Positions 22,759 through 36,614 of a stretch of DNA of 64,000 bases are shown in pieces (within the stretch, counting starts at the first letter, position 1; each line of letters opens with the position of its first letter). The stretch is from Azolla caroliniana. Taxonomy: Eukaryota > Plantae > Polypodiophyta. The stretch lies in NCBI GenBank assembly GCA_043228905.1, contig JBHGNT010000104.1:1-64000 (forward strand). The letters run 5' to 3'. Position numbers and translations under genes: made by a program. The notes below the pieces were generated by a model. It saw only the letters and a program-made list of their open reading frames with translations. It was not told where the DNA came from and did no database searches.

Positions 22759-25700
22759 TTTCACACAAGCACCGTCGACCAGGTCATCGACCGGGTTAGA
22801 GAAATGGAGAAAACGAGCTCTTGGCTAACAATGGGAGCCCTCCAACGAGCGTTACCAACCGATGAGGATCTCCAGTTCCGGCAAGCAATCCAATGCACGA
22901 CCTGCTTGAATTCCAGACACTCGTCACTAGAGTGCACCATGCGGACGCACTGCTTACTCTGCCAATCTACGGGCCACACGATGGACTGGTGCAAATATAA
23001 CTTATTGAATCGGCAAGCACCACTAGTCCGGCAAATCGAGCCACGTAGTAGCCGAGACGAAGAAGACGAACGTTGGCGGTGAGATGAGCGATATCGACCG
23101 GTATAGGATGTCCGGTACAACGATCGGCGAGACAACTATGACCGGTACAAGAGATATGACAGGTACCAAGATTACAATGGACGGTACGAGCATCACAACC
23201 GGGATCACTCCCCCGGGTATCACCAACGACGGGAAGATTACAGGAGATATGACGACCAACCCCATCAAGGGTACCGCAACAAAAGGAACTTTAATAAAAA
23301 ACGGCATTTCAAAAAAGGGAGCCACCCACGTGAACCAGAAAAAGGCACCACAAGCAACCAACCAGACCAAAGCCCCGCGGTTACCACAGGTCCTCCACCG
23401 GGTACAGGAAACAATGCCGAATCCAGCAATACCCGGAAAGCATATTGCTATTATTGCCGACAAGAAGGACATTATAGTAATCAATGTCCGGCAAAGACCT
23501 ATGGCAAGAGACCGGCACTAAACATGGTAGTCGCCGAAGTCGCAGACCCGCAACAGGTTACCAGAAGGTCGAAGGGCAAGACGACGGAATGGGAGACACA
23601 AGAGGCCATCCGGAAGCAGGCAACGGAATGGGTGAAAAAGGCAAATGAGTGAAACGTAGCAGAACTTGCGCAGCAAAAGGAGAACACCGAAGAGCTCGCC
23701 GGCGGCAGTCAGACCGAAAATGCGACATGGTAGGCATTGCAGGAGTGCCAAATCACGCTGCCATTAGGACGGCTCCTGCAACTAGTGCCTAGATTCACAG
23801 AAGGACTCAAGACAGGCATGACGGCAGGAGAAACACCACTGGCACCAACATTCTTCTCAAATCTGGAGGAGGGACCGGCGGTGGTAGACAAATAGTTCGG
23901 CGATCACGACCATCGTGAAGTGAAAGGAGTTACCCGGAACAGTAATAGATGGAGGATCCGGCGTCAATGTGATTAGCCTCCGAACATGCACAACCTTGGG
24001 AATCCAAGAGTGGGAACCATGCCCGTTCTGGCTACGGATGGTGGATACAAGCTCAGTGCGACCGACCGGCTTGATACGAGATTTGGAAGTAACAATTGGC
24101 GGCCACACATTTCGCATCTCGGCAGTAGTGCTACAATTACAGGTACAAGGAGCTTACCCGCTATTGTTGGGGCGGCTATAGCAAAAAACGACGCACATTA
24201 AACAAAACTGGAGAAAGAATATAATCACCTTCCGGCAGGGAAAAGCAAAAGTACGGGTACCGACACAACCACGGACGGGTACCGGGAAGGAATTAACCCC
24301 CCTATATGCCGAATGTGTCAATATGCTGGACGGATTAGTAGACGAAGAGGTGGATCAATACTTGCAAGATAATCCGAAGATAGTACCCCTATTTGAAATT
24401 GACGTAGTTGAAGTCGTATCACCATACATACTACTACCGGACGAGGAACCAAATAAAGAAGCGATCCAGGAGCTACGGCAAGCACAAGAAGCGCTGGAAA
24501 GAGAAATGGCCATATCACAACAGGTTAAAGAATCCCAACTAGAGGAGGTAAATCTAGGAACTACGGAAGAGGCAAGACCGGTGCAGATAGCCAAGGAAAT
24601 GTCTACGGAGAACAGAACGGCGATGATTACACTTCTCAAAGAGTTTCGGGACGTGTTTGCCTGGTCCTACGAGGATATGAGAGGGCTCGATCCTCAGCTA
24701 TATCAGCATTACATATATTTGAGCAAAGACACCAAACAGGTAGCACAGCGACGGTATCGTATGAATCCAAACTACGCCGCCAAAGTCAAGGAGGAAATCG
24801 ACAAGTTGCTGAGGGTTGGCTTTATCCGTACCGTAAAGAAATCTACATGGTTGAGCCCGATAGTAGTCGTACCAAAGAAAAACGGCAAAATTAGACTATG
24901 TGTCGACTACCAGAAGCTTAATGCAACGACGGTAACTGATGCATTTCCACTTCCATTTACGGATGGAGTTTTGGACGCAGTCGCCGGCCATGAGGTATAC
25001 AGTTTTATAGACGGATTTAGCGGATACAACCAGATTCGGATGCACCCCGATGACCAGGAGAAAACGGCTTTCGTCACTGAATGGGGAGTGTTTGTTGCTG
25101 TGGTGATGATGTTCGAACTCAAAATGGCGCCGGCAACGTTCCAGAGGATCATCATGGAAATATTCGGAGAATTCATACCGGCGTTCATGCAGGTGTTCCT
25201 CGACGACTTCGCCGTTTACAGTCGAGAAGGAGACCACCTTCAACACCTCCGACTATGTCTAAAAAAGTGTAGGGCTTATCGGCTAAGCCTGAATCCGGCG
25301 AAGTGTGTATTTGGCGTATCTAGCGGAACGCTATTGGGGCATATTGTGAACAAGGAGGGCATCGTCGTGGATCCAGACAAAGTAAAAGCAATCCTGGAGG
25401 CACCGGCACCAACAACGGCAAAGGCATTGAGCCGTTTCTTAGGCCAAATCCGTTGGCATAGCCGAATGCTCCGGTATTTGGCGGACCTAGCTAAACCACT
25501 ACATGTTGCGGTACACCGAACACCGTTCTAGTGGACCGACACCGAAGACAAGGCGTACCAGGCACTCAAAGTTCTATTGTCACAAGCACCGGTAGTGCAA
25601 CCCCTGGATTGGGCGAAGGAATTTCATGTGTTCATGGATGCGTCTGACATTGCAATCGGGAGTGCACTGATGCAACTTACGGAGCCAAGATGGTACCGGC

Positions 25701-27544
25701 CTGTATATTACGCAAGCCGGAAGTTATCCCAAGCCGAACGAAATTATTCCACCACAGAAAGGGAAGCTTTAGGCATGATCTACAGCGTAACAAAATTCAG
25801 GCATTAGTTATTGGGAAGAAAGTTTTCCTTCAATGTAAATCATTCGGCCCTCCTCTACCTAGTGTCCAAAGCGTCACTTACCGGTAAGTTGGCCCGGTGG
25901 ACTTTGCTGTTACAAGAATTCGAATTCGAGATATTCCACCGACCCGACATACAACATGCGGTAGCAAATTATTTAAGCCAGTTAGATTCCGGTGAAACTA
26001 GCGATGGAGTACCGGACGAGTTTCCGGATGTTGAGCTATTTCGAGTCACCGCGGAAACGGCAACAGATGAAACAGTGGCACCAAAAGATAAGTGGCTAAC
26101 AAATATGCACCAATTTCTGAGCACCGGATTGCCTCCGGAGGAGATGAACCGGGACGAGAGGAAACGCTTGGCGGTACAAAGCCGGCACGTCTGTTTATTA
26201 CAGGACACGCTACACCACAAAGGTGCGGACAGTATATGGCGACGAGTGGTGCGTAGCAACGAGAAAGAGGTAATACTACGGGAAGCAAACTGCGGAGTCG
26301 CCGGAGGCCATTATGGCGGGGATGCTACGGCAAGGAAGATATGGCAAAGTAGCCTTTGGTGGCCGACTACATTGAAAGACGAAGTCCGGTACGCGAAAGA
26401 GTGTGATCTATGCCAGCGAATGGGCCAGCCAACGGAACAAGCTAGGATGCCGCACTAGCCAGTACTACCACTAGAACCATTTCAGAAATGGGGACTAGAT
26501 TTTGTCCGACCATTTAAACCATCGGCAATGAGAACTGGCAACCGGTATGTGATTGTCGCGACGGACTACTGCACTAAATGGGTGGAAGCCAAAGCCCTAC
26601 GAGACAACACCACGGTGTCGACAGCAAAATTCTTATACGAATACATTTGGTGCCGGTACGGATGCCCCATAGAGCTTATAAGCGACCAAGGAGGACACTT
26701 TCTTGGACAAGTAGTGGAGAGCTTGACGTCATTCTATGCGGTAGTACATAAACAGAGCACCCCGTACTACCCACAAGCCAACAGATTAGCTGAGTCAACA
26801 AACAAAACGCTACAAAATATCCTGCGCAAGATCGTCAATGAGAATCTGACAGATTGGGACACGAAGCTGCACAGTGCGCTCTGGGCTTACCGAACAACGT
26901 ACAAAACAAGCATCTGAACAACATCGTTCCGGTTAGCATTCGGATTAGAGGCAGTCATGCCGGTCGAGTTCCAGGTACCGAGCTTACGGATCCAGATTAG
27001 GGAACGACTTAATGAAAAGGAATCGGAGGCAATTCGGATAAAGGCTCTGTGTGAACTTGAAGAACACCGACTGGCGAGCATCATGCACCTGGAATTGGAA
27101 CAACGGCGATGGAAAGCGTTTGTAGATCGGCACCGGAAGGGAAACGAAAAGATGTTCGAAATCGGCAAGCCGGTACTAGTGTTCCAGACCCGGATGGGTA
27201 AAATGCCAGGCAAACTACGGTTTAGATGGACCGGACCGTACTGGATCACAGGCGGGTTCAATGGGTCTTACCAGTTAGGGACACTTGCCGGCGAGGTGCT
27301 GGGTAAATGGGTCAACAGATTTAGATTAAAGCCATACAAAGGACCTATGCCCAAGAACCCATTTGAACGAATGGCCAACACCGAATCGGACGCTGGCAGG
27401 CCAACCAAGACGACAACCTGTGAGGAAAACGGCTACCACCAAGCTGGTAAGGACCTAAATAATCAACCCATATTATTCCCCCCCCCCCCTTATTACATTG
27501 TGCTTCCCATCCTTATATAGTGATGGGAGAGGCTTAGCGACTTC

Positions 27545-27730
27545 ATGTTTTTTCTTCTAATAATAGTGTTCATGCACGTGAGATGTGCATGAATAACTTT
27601 TTCGATGATACGTTTTCTTTTAACTAAAGCATTCATGCACACTAGATTTACATGAGTAGCTTTATTTTTCTATCGTGCTTTTTCTAACTATAGTGTTCAT
27701 GCACGCTAGATGTGCATGAGTAGCATTTTC
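27545..27730. repeat. ~64-bp tandem repeat x3, each unit with a palindromic core TTCATGCAC-N7-GTGCATGA
   Basis: Cores start at 27569, 27632 and 27696. Confidence 0.8.
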
Positions 27731-27792
27731 TTAGAAATATGCATAAGATAACGTTTGTATATGGGATATCTACTTTTCTAACACTCATGATA

Positions 27793-27855
27793 TGTTAGTG
27801 TAATGGTAAAGCTACAAATTATTCACGTGGAGGTACAATGTTTGAATCTCGCCCT
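27793..27855 (+). mobile_element. Possible decayed tRNA-derived SINE head
   Basis: A-box-like TAGTGTAATGGTAA and B-box-like GTTTGAATCT at Pol III spacing. Confidence 0.3.
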
Positions 27856-29147
27856 ATCCATGTAATATATATTTTAATATTTTCTTCTTTTTCTTTGTAT
27901 TTATTAAATCAGTTATTTTATACGTTTTTCATGTAGTGTACGAACTACACTACGACAATCGCCCCCTCCGAACCCACACATCCCTCTATAGCCCTTTCGG
28001 TTAGGGTTTCTTCTTCCTCGTAGGGTTTTGGTTCTCACTCTATAGCCCTTTTGTTGTTTTCACCTAGTCATGCTTTAGTCCGGCTTAAACGATCGTGGTT
28101 GTATATCTTAATGTGGCTTTCATGCCTTATAATGAAGATTTGTTTAGTGAACCTCGTGTCATCCCAACCTTGGCTCGTCTAATTCTTCGTCGTGTTAATC
28201 TTTTGCACATTGTTCTTACCCTCTCATGCTCGAAATCCTGTTAGGGATAAGCTCCCATTCCCCCCTTTTACTCCCTAGTCCAAGACCCCTGTGGTCCCGC
28301 CCAAGCCGACACGTACATGCGGATATTCGCAACAACAAGTATAATAGTAACTATAGTTGTCAGTTAAATTTTAAGTATGAAGGGTGAGGATTCAATTATC
28401 TCAATCCTACAGTGGGAGATATCTCAATCCTACCTTCATGAAGGGTAATCTCTTTTCTTTAGTGTCTTGAGATAGAGACTCTAACTGTGTGGGAAAGCTC
28501 TAACTTCATACATGTGCAGCTCTCTTTCTTCAAACTCAAGGTATGATCCATGTTCGTACACGGCAGTACAAGAGATCGTTCGAGGTTTAAGGGGTGGTCT
28601 AACATCCTTTCTTCCTTGTTTTCCTCTTTAGTTTTGCTTAATCTTAATAAAAACACTTTAAGAAGATGCAAAGTAAAAATAACACAATTCAAAATATGAG
28701 GAATGAATGTGAATCCATATCAAAAGTCTAAAGATTCCATTTCTCTAAAATAGATTCCATATCTATTTGTCTCGATTTTTATCTTGACCATTGGCTATCC
28801 TCGTCTTTCACTTCCTCGCTTCCCTATTCATCAACTCAACTCATTTGATGGCACTTTTCTTATTCTCTAATGCCTTGTTTCAAGCATAACCTTGACTATA
28901 TCCTCCATGTTGCAAACCACGCCTCCCAAACGCTAAAGCCCCTCACCAAGGCCAAAAGCACTCCAAGGATACAATCTTTGATAACCCTATGCATGGTGTT
29001 ACAAATCCAAAGTACGTAATATACTCAAATGCATTGGCAAACATTCTTTTTCATACGAATGCAACCAAATGCGCATGTTATCAAAACATTCTTATGCGTC
29101 CTTTTTTACACCTTTTACCTTATAATAAATAATGAATACAAAAGTAC

Positions 29148-29202
29148 GGTATTTACCATACTTCAAGGGTGTTTACCATACTTCAAGGGTGTTTACCATA
29201 CT
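29148..29202. repeat. 20-bp tandem repeat x2.7 (GTTTACCATACTTCAAGGGT)
   Basis: Directly visible. Confidence 0.9.
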
Positions 29203-30184
29203 CGAATGATTCAAACATTCTCGATTGCGAATGCACATATGGTGCGTATGGTTCATACTATGCATGGAGCAATACATCATGCCTTGATGACCGCCAAACC
29301 TTTGGTTTCAAGAAGTCAACCTCATTCAGGTGTGCCACACCATACAAACACATGCCAACCCCATCATCAACACCATACCAAGGCCAGCTTGTTGCCTAAG
29401 GTCATTTCACTTCAAAAGTGCTTCAATTGAAGCTACAAACACACAAATGAAGACGGGGAATCCATATCACAAAGACTCAGAAAAATCAAATAGTCATGAA
29501 GTAATTAATTTTTACATCATTGAAGCATTCTGTAGATGAAACTGACCAAGCGCTGACAAATTATGACATTGAAATGCACTAACCGAAAACTATGCTGATG
29601 GATTTTGCTCAGTATGATGTGTATAACACATAATACTTTGAATGTTTAAAAGCACTTTCGTGCTCATGTGTCTACACCTGGCAAAATAAAGATGGATAGA
29701 CTTCTTTCAATATTGCAAAAATGAAGAGAAACTTGTTTGCCAACATCACACAAGGGGCTCGATTTCAAGACCTTTGACAGAGATCGAAAGTCAGCATTAT
29801 AATCAAAAAACTACAATTACAACGGCTAATGTGAGAACAATGTATATGATGGTAATGGCTGTGTCACATATCAGTAACCATTTACAATATAGATAGGAGG
29901 GTAAATAGCCGTTGTTTGATCGTGTTATTGGATTTTCAAGAGAAAGTTAAGTATTATAGTTTCAGTAAAGATAAGTCGAGAGGAGCGCAGAATAGAATTC
30001 ATCCTTTTCTAAACGAGGACTACCTCATATAAAACAAGATTTAGCAAGCCTGAGTATCAAAGCATTTATATGCCACAAAATCAGATTTTAGCAGCCTCTT
30101 CTTCATATTCAATAGAATTGATCTGACCATAAAGCAACAGTGGTTTAAAACATCAAACTTAGGCAAATGGATCATGTAATAATC

Positions 30185-30376
30185 AAGGGCAAAACACCAA
30201 AATATCCGCAATGTTTGGGATAGTAACCAGATTACGATTAACTTTCCAGAAATTACTGGATATTCCTTTTTAGTAGCAGAAACTTTGTACTATTCAAGGG
30301 TACTCCTGAAACTTTAAACTTGGGAGTACTCTGGTAACTATCCAACGAGTTAAGGGTATCTTGGTGTTTTCCCCTG
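30185..30376. mobile_element. Fold-back MITE (Mutator-like long TIRs) ~45 bp downstream of the LPCAT stop codon
   Basis: CAAGGGCAAAACACCAAAATATCC versus the reverse complement of the right end, CAGGGGAAAACACCAAGATACCC. Inner arms GGATAGTAACCAGA / TCTGGTAACTATCC. Confidence 0.65.
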
Positions 30377-30421
30377 ATCACTTCCATCTCATAAACACCA
30401 CTGTTACGTACTTGAATGGAA

Positions 30422-33400
30422 CTAGTTGTTCTTAGCCTTAACCCCTGTAGACTTTGGAGGTTTTATTACACTACCAAGAATAATCAGAGCCATTGATAGT
30501 ATTGTCCCAACATAATATACACTCTGATATGATTCCAATGTCTGGTGGAGATTCAATACCTGTAGAGTAGAAAGAAGAAAAAAAACAGATGGTTATCAAT
30601 GCAGGAGTCTAATTAGCACGCAAACATGTATAGAATTTTTTGTAACATTCTTCAATATTCTGAAAGAAAATTAAGAAAGAACTATCACAAAAATGTGAGC
30701 TACTTCCTAAGCTGTTATTAAGCTGGAAAAGAACGAGCAATACAACGAAACCAATGCAAGCATAATTCAACACAAGGATTGTGTATGAAAGGCTTCCAAG
30801 CTGAACGACTTTATTTAAAATCCATGACCTCCCACGAATTGCTTGCTGCCATCTGTAAATAACTGTAAATGGCATAGAAAGACAGTTTCAGGCATATACA
30901 TACAAATCAAGATTATTTTCAAAAATTAGATCTTGCTATGGTGAAGGGCTTACCTCTTGACCCCGCAATCATAAGAGCACTATGTACAAAAAATAGTATA
31001 TAGCCAGCATATAAACCCTGCACAGATGAAAAGTCCCCCACCACATACTAGTCATAAGTAAAATGTATAATTAAGTGAATTATACACAACCTTGATGAAT
31101 GACGAAAATTTAATCAAAATTAAAATGAATAATTTACACAACATATGTTGAGAATGGATGTATGCAGGAAACAGAATCAAATTTAAATTGCATAATTTAC
31201 GGGGTATCTCTTCAGAATAAATTAATGTATGAATCAGTAAGTCAAGCTACTCTTACATGCCAGACTGCACTAACAATTTGAGTCAGCAATAGCTCCGAAA
31301 GACCAGGTTTTCTCCCTTTCTTGCTGAGCCTATCATATACATCTGTGCTAGGGTCAAGGTAAACAAAATAATTTGAAAATAGGAACAATACCTTATACTA
31401 TGTACTAATATAAAATAAGACAACACTGTTTACCAAAAAATAAAGGGAAAACTCTCCCTACATTTTCCTTCATTTCACAGATGCCCTTGCTCAGCCCTAA
31501 AAAAGTAACTATACATCATATTTGAGCACCTATATAGGCAATTCATCATCAGCTTCACAACTGTAAGGCCAATTCATCCTCAGCTTCACGATGGTAAGGT
31601 CAATTCATCCTCTTTTTCTCTCTTCAGGGGTTAAAATTACAATGGAGGACTTGCAATTTTTTTCCAAAATAATAATAATAATAATGTTTGCTATTCAGAA
31701 CAATTAAAAAAATACATGGGTTAGAAAGGATACATAGACGAAGCCATGTGCTGACATGAATGTTCCAAACAAGAGGTAATACTGCACTGGTCTCAGCTAG
31801 TTCTACTCCAATAATATCAACATTCCTTGCACGGTCCCATTTAGGTTTCCCTGGACATGACTCCGACCATCCACTGAAACCAAATCCTGATATAATCACA
31901 GAAGTTTCCGCTAGCGACCATATGAAATAATACTTCCAGCGAACTGTAAATCCAGCCAACCACTGATAGCCCAACCGTGCCCAGAATCCCCAACTCTTAT
32001 ATTGAGGTTCAAATATTCTAGATACAGAGAAACGAGGAGTTAGGTAGGTATAGAGTCCCATGCTCAAAATTGCCTGTAAAAATGCTCTTGAAGCACCACC
32101 ATAGGGTGAAGGCAAGAGTTTTTGACTCCATGCCTGCAAACAAATTTGACAACCCAAACGTGTAAACTGATTGATTATTAGAAGAAAAAACACACTATAA
32201 AAGTAAGGGGAAAACTCTGAAATATCCCTGAATGCCCAGAGACTCTGAAGTTTTCTTTATTTTCCGAAATGCCCCTAAGTTTTCTTTATGTCCACAGATG
32301 CCTCTAGTTTTCTTTACTCTCTGCAACTATACATTGTTATTTGAACTATTACATTGTCAATTAATCCTTATTCATTCCCTGTTTTTGTATTATTGGAGCA
32401 ATTATATGATTGATCTGTTCCCATTTCTCTCTTTCAAGGTTAAGCAGAGGCATTTGGGGAGACAAAGAAAAACTTAAAGAGTATTTCAGAGGTTTTTCTA
32501 ACATAAACTTTCAGTAGTTTTGTTTCTGTTATTCAATTACCCCTTTCTCAGCCGTCCAATCAAGATAATCTTGTAACTCATACACTGGACCTGCTAAGTG
32601 GGTGCCACAACAGAGACAGAACCCTGCATACTCTATGAATGAAGGAAGATTTAAAATCCTATATTTTTTCTGGGCAGGCCGCAATTCCTCTTCCTTTAAT
32701 AAACCATCTTGATAATTCATTGCAGCAGAAATAACTTTCAGAGTCAAAACCATGAGAGCGCCTACAAATATAAAAGCTTCACAAATGTAACATCTCTATA
32801 TCAAATAAAATCAACCATTTACAATCTACATCGAAAAGAGGAAAATCAGCTCAAAATGGCAAGCTTTTTTCAGGGAAAGAATGATGATAATTGCAATTCA
32901 GTTTGGAGTGCTCATGAAAACCCAACAGTAAGCTTAGTAAAGATTCATCTGATAATTGACCTTATTGGGAAAATCAACCAACAACTACATATCTATCATA
33001 GTCTCGCATGCATGGATTTATACCAAATTGTTTTAATGTTCAATCGAATCTAAAAATAAGTCCATGTACTTGAATTTACAAAAACCTCGATAAAAATTTT
33101 GACTGTCTCACTCCTGCGTAATAATTGTGTCTACCCATTTAGAATATTTAGTTTGCAGTTTGCATGTCAACAAAATTGTTATGTGCATGTTTATTTGTAT
33201 AATTCACAAATCAACGTGAAAGAAAACTCAAAAATAAACTGTATATACCAGTACAATCGATGCCACCATCTTTCCAAGCATCTCCACTCATGTAGTAAAC
33301 ATGACTGCAAAACGCCCATACTCACATCAACATTATCAGAATATCACAATTTAACATTATTCATCCAATTCTCCAAACTGTAGTTATAACATGCACATTC

Positions 33401-36140
33401 ATAGAGTAAAATAATGAACAAAGCAGGGCAGAATGTCCACTCAGTATGCACCGTAAACCATTTATTAGACAGTGACCAAATCAGGACTTCATTGAGAAAT
33501 TCAAACCTATGTATATTACATTGAGAAATGTCAAGGTAAAACATAAATGATGAATGACTGTACACAATGGATGTTTTCGGATATAGGAAGATTTGGCATT
33601 TGGTGCCATGCACTGATTTGAACAATGAGAAAGAAAGGAAATCCAATTGAACAATGCAAAGCCATATCCCTTGAAAGATTCTAGACAAAGGTGCAAATCT
33701 ATTGAAAATCCTGCAGTATTTGGGAAGAATCAACATGCAGTGCCCTTTGTACACTAAAATGATGAGAAGACCAGGGACATTGATTGAGGAATGTAATGTT
33801 GCATACCTTGAAAAATGCTGAGAGAAGGCATAAAAAGATATGGACAGCATAAAACATAATAAAGAAGGCAATGTAAGAGAGGCCATAAAAGACACGAAGA
33901 TCCATGGGGGAGAAAAGGTGTAATAGACATAGGTATTGGAGGGATCAGCATGTGGAACAAGAAATTCTTTAAAACAGTGAGAAACAGAGACTGAGAAAAG
34001 CTGAGCTACATACACATAACATACAAATCTTTAATGTTGCATACCTTGAAAAATGCTGAGAGAAGGCATAAAAAGATATGGACAGCATAAAAGACACGAA
34101 GATGCATGAGGGGGGAAAGGTGTAATAGACATAGGTATTGGCGGGATCAGCATGTGGAACAAGAAATTCTTTTAAACAGTGAGAAACAGAGACTGAGAAA
34201 AGCTGAGCTACATACATACCATACAAATCTTTAAAGTTACAAAAGGTAACCAAATTCATGATAGACATATGAAGTTTGATTGAAACAATTGTGTGATTTG
34301 TTGAAGAATCATGGTTCTCAAGCTGAGGCAAAAGCATGAAAGAAAGACATATGAAGATAGGCATAAAATTTTGCAGCATTTGTGAGTGAATATGTAGTAC
34401 TATGGATAGAACGAAATGGTGTGAACAAAGGGATTTGAATTACAAATGCTACATTTATCTAGAGATATGAATGGGTAGCAAAGTTGTAAAAGTAATATGA
34501 AGTTTATCCATAGAGAAACTTGCAAGGTATGGAGGAAATTAGCAAGAGAAAAGGCAAACAAAATGTTAGAAGATCTGTGCAGCATTGTAGGTTTGGAAAC
34601 GTGTAAACAAAATATCAAGATCTATAGAGAATATTGCATGATTTAGGAGGAATCAACAAGAGAAAGTACATTAGGGTAACGGAACTGTTAAAAGACATAT
34701 GAAGAACCATATGAAACTTGCATGATTAAACTCATGCATCACAAGGATATAAAAAGCTTGCAGTGAAGAAACAGGCATTTGAAAATCCTTATAAATCTCT
34801 CAGCATTTAAATGCCATGAATCAGGTAAGACCATGAGAATGCATGGAATTTAATTCAGGAATGCTAATCAATATAGTGTGGAATTCTTCAAAGGTAAAAA
34901 CAGCAAGAAACAAAGTAAAATACATAGGAAGCTCCAGGGAAAACCCTTTCAGCGCTTGCAAAGAGTAACAGAGATTTAATGGTGAGAAAGTACGGCATTC
35001 AATTGAGAAATATTAGGCTATCTGCCATGTAATTCTTTAGAGTTATAAAAGACACGGAACAAACGTGGAAACACTAACAGGATTTGGTAAGAGAAAAGAG
35101 ATATAAAGCACGCAATCTTGCAGAATTTGTGAAGAGCTACCACTTAGAAGATATAATGGCATTAAAATATGAAGAACCATGGGAAATTATTTCAGACTTG
35201 TTAGAAGAATCAGCACATGGATGGTAACACGAAGGCTTGTAAGACATAGCAAGACCATACATGCCACACAGTACAAAGGAAACAGAAAAAGAAAAAAACA
35301 TACAAAAGAAAAAGAAAAAACGTATGGATACAGATGTAAATGAGAGAATTGAAAAGCTATGGAAGCAAATACGGGATATAAAAAGAAATGGAAACACTCA
35401 ATTTTGAAGAAATAGCAGTACATATGGATGCATGCAGAGATGATGAATATAAACAGCATAAAAGGACATATTAAAAAATTGAAAATTCCCCACAGAGAAA
35501 GGAAAACGAGAGGATTTGAAGACATAAACTGCATGTAAGAATGTAATGACAGGTTGAGAAAACGAGAAGATTCGAAGATCTAAGCAGAATATAAGTGTGT
35601 AAAACAAAGACAGAGAATGAGCAGATTCTATAGAATAAAGAGCATCCAAGGATGTGCGCAAAGATATAAAAAAGAGAAGAATTTGATAGAGTGAAACGGA
35701 AAAAAGAACAGAAACAAAACAAAAAAGGTTGGAAAAGAATTTGATAGAGTGAAAGGAAGAGAGAAAATCTGAGGCATAATTGAAGAAAAAAAGAAGTATT
35801 GACAGGATGTATTGTATACAGTGAAAACATACCAGCCAATAAGGAAGGCGAAAGCTGCGACGAAGGTGATGAGACCACAGTATTGACGAGCGCATGCCAT
35901 GCTTCCATAGCCAATGAGCATGGGGGGGATGAAGTGGATGACGGAAAGTGGACCGAAGGCAAGGTATGAGAGGTAACAGCCACTGAGTGCAGCATAGGAG
36001 TGGCGTAGGGATGGAGAGGGTATGAATCGCCACAGGAAACTACAGGGGATGCTCGCAATGAACGCTACGAGGAACTGGAAGACGGCAGGCGAGACGCCGA
36101 TGACAGAAGCCAGGTCTGCCATCGCCATCGCCATCGCCAT
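30422..36140 (-). CDS. LPCAT: Lysophospholipid acyltransferase (MBOAT family, LPCAT1/2-like), 8 exons, 463 aa
   Basis: Exons 36140-35833, 33304-33249, 32761-32541, 32133-31734, 31342-31257, 31017-30954, 30862-30744 and 30559-30422. All introns are GT-AG and the 1392-nt total is in frame. Motifs CHVYYMSGDAWKDGGIDCTGALMVLTLK, WNIHVSTWLR, SAVWHGLYAGY (catalytic His). Confidence 0.95.
31541..31612. repeat. 30-bp tandem repeat x2.4 in LPCAT intron 4
   Basis: aattcatcatcagcttcacaactgtaaggcc repeated. Confidence 0.8.
32206..32500. mobile_element. Fold-back MITE in LPCAT intron 3
   Basis: GGGGAAAACTCTGAAATATCC versus the reverse complement of AGAGTATTTCAGAGGTTTTTC. Inner arms TTTTCTTT..AGATGCCTCT / AGAGGCATTT..AAAGAAAA. 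Confidence 0.6.
33794..34233. repeat. ~200-240 bp tandem duplication in LPCAT intron 1
   Basis: 33794-34031 is repeated at 34032-34233 with a ~35-bp indel. Confidence 0.9.
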
Positions 36141-36280
36141 CGCTGCTGCTTCTTCCTCTTCCTCTTCCTCTTCTTCCTCCTCCTCCTCCTCTTGTCTTTG
36201 TCTTTGTCTCTGTCTTTGTGTCTTTGTCTCTGTCTTTGTCTGTCTGTGTTTTTTCCCTTGTCTGTGTTTTTTCCCTTCAA
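36141..36280 (-). repeat. 5'-UTR microsatellites (GAA/GAG)n and (GACAAA/GACAGA)n of LPCAT
   Basis: Directly visible, upstream of (ATGGCG)x4. Confidence 0.8.
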
Positions 36281-36614
36281 TTGGGGCGGGGGGGGATGGC
36301 TGCCTGCCCACACCTTTTTCCTTTGCCCTTTTTCCTTTTCCCCTTTTTAATTAACTTAACTCCTTCCCTTCCCTTCGCTACACTTACATTTACTTACATA
36401 TGCATAAGTTATGTAAATACATAAATAAGAGAAAATTAAGTCATAAAAATCAAACAAAGTGTTTGTGTGGATTTCAATCCATCATGGATGGATCTCCTTC
36501 CTCCTCCTTAACAACATTCTCTCTCTACATACATACATACTTCTTTACCCATCCCATCTTCCCTCTCTCTCTCTCTCTATTACTCTATAGATATCTCTTA
36601 TATCACTAGATGCC

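Larger units (their letters stand above)
15866..27460 (+). mobile_element. GB: Ty3/gypsy element of the GA family, 3'-truncated after integrase, interrupted by copia C1
   Basis: LTR ~15866-16264 is similar to the GA LTR (5' end unclear). PBS 16272-16281. Gag 16320-17346 resumes at 22764, with PR/RT/RH/INT to ~27400 and many stops. No accessory ORF or 3' LTR. Confidence 0.9.

Noticed and set aside
27545-27730. CRISPR array
   Set aside because: Spacers resemble each other, repeats are degenerate, the context is a plant genome and there are no cas genes.
28330-29540. Short ORFs and possible transposon remnants
   Set aside because: No recognisable motif, so left unannotated.
33344-35830. Long F/L/S-rich minus-strand ORFs
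   Set aside because: T-rich intron 1 of LPCAT.
36141-36311. 57-aa N-terminal extension of LPCAT
   Set aside because: Non-ATG start and microsatellite-derived. The 463-aa model already fits the length expected for plant LPCAT.
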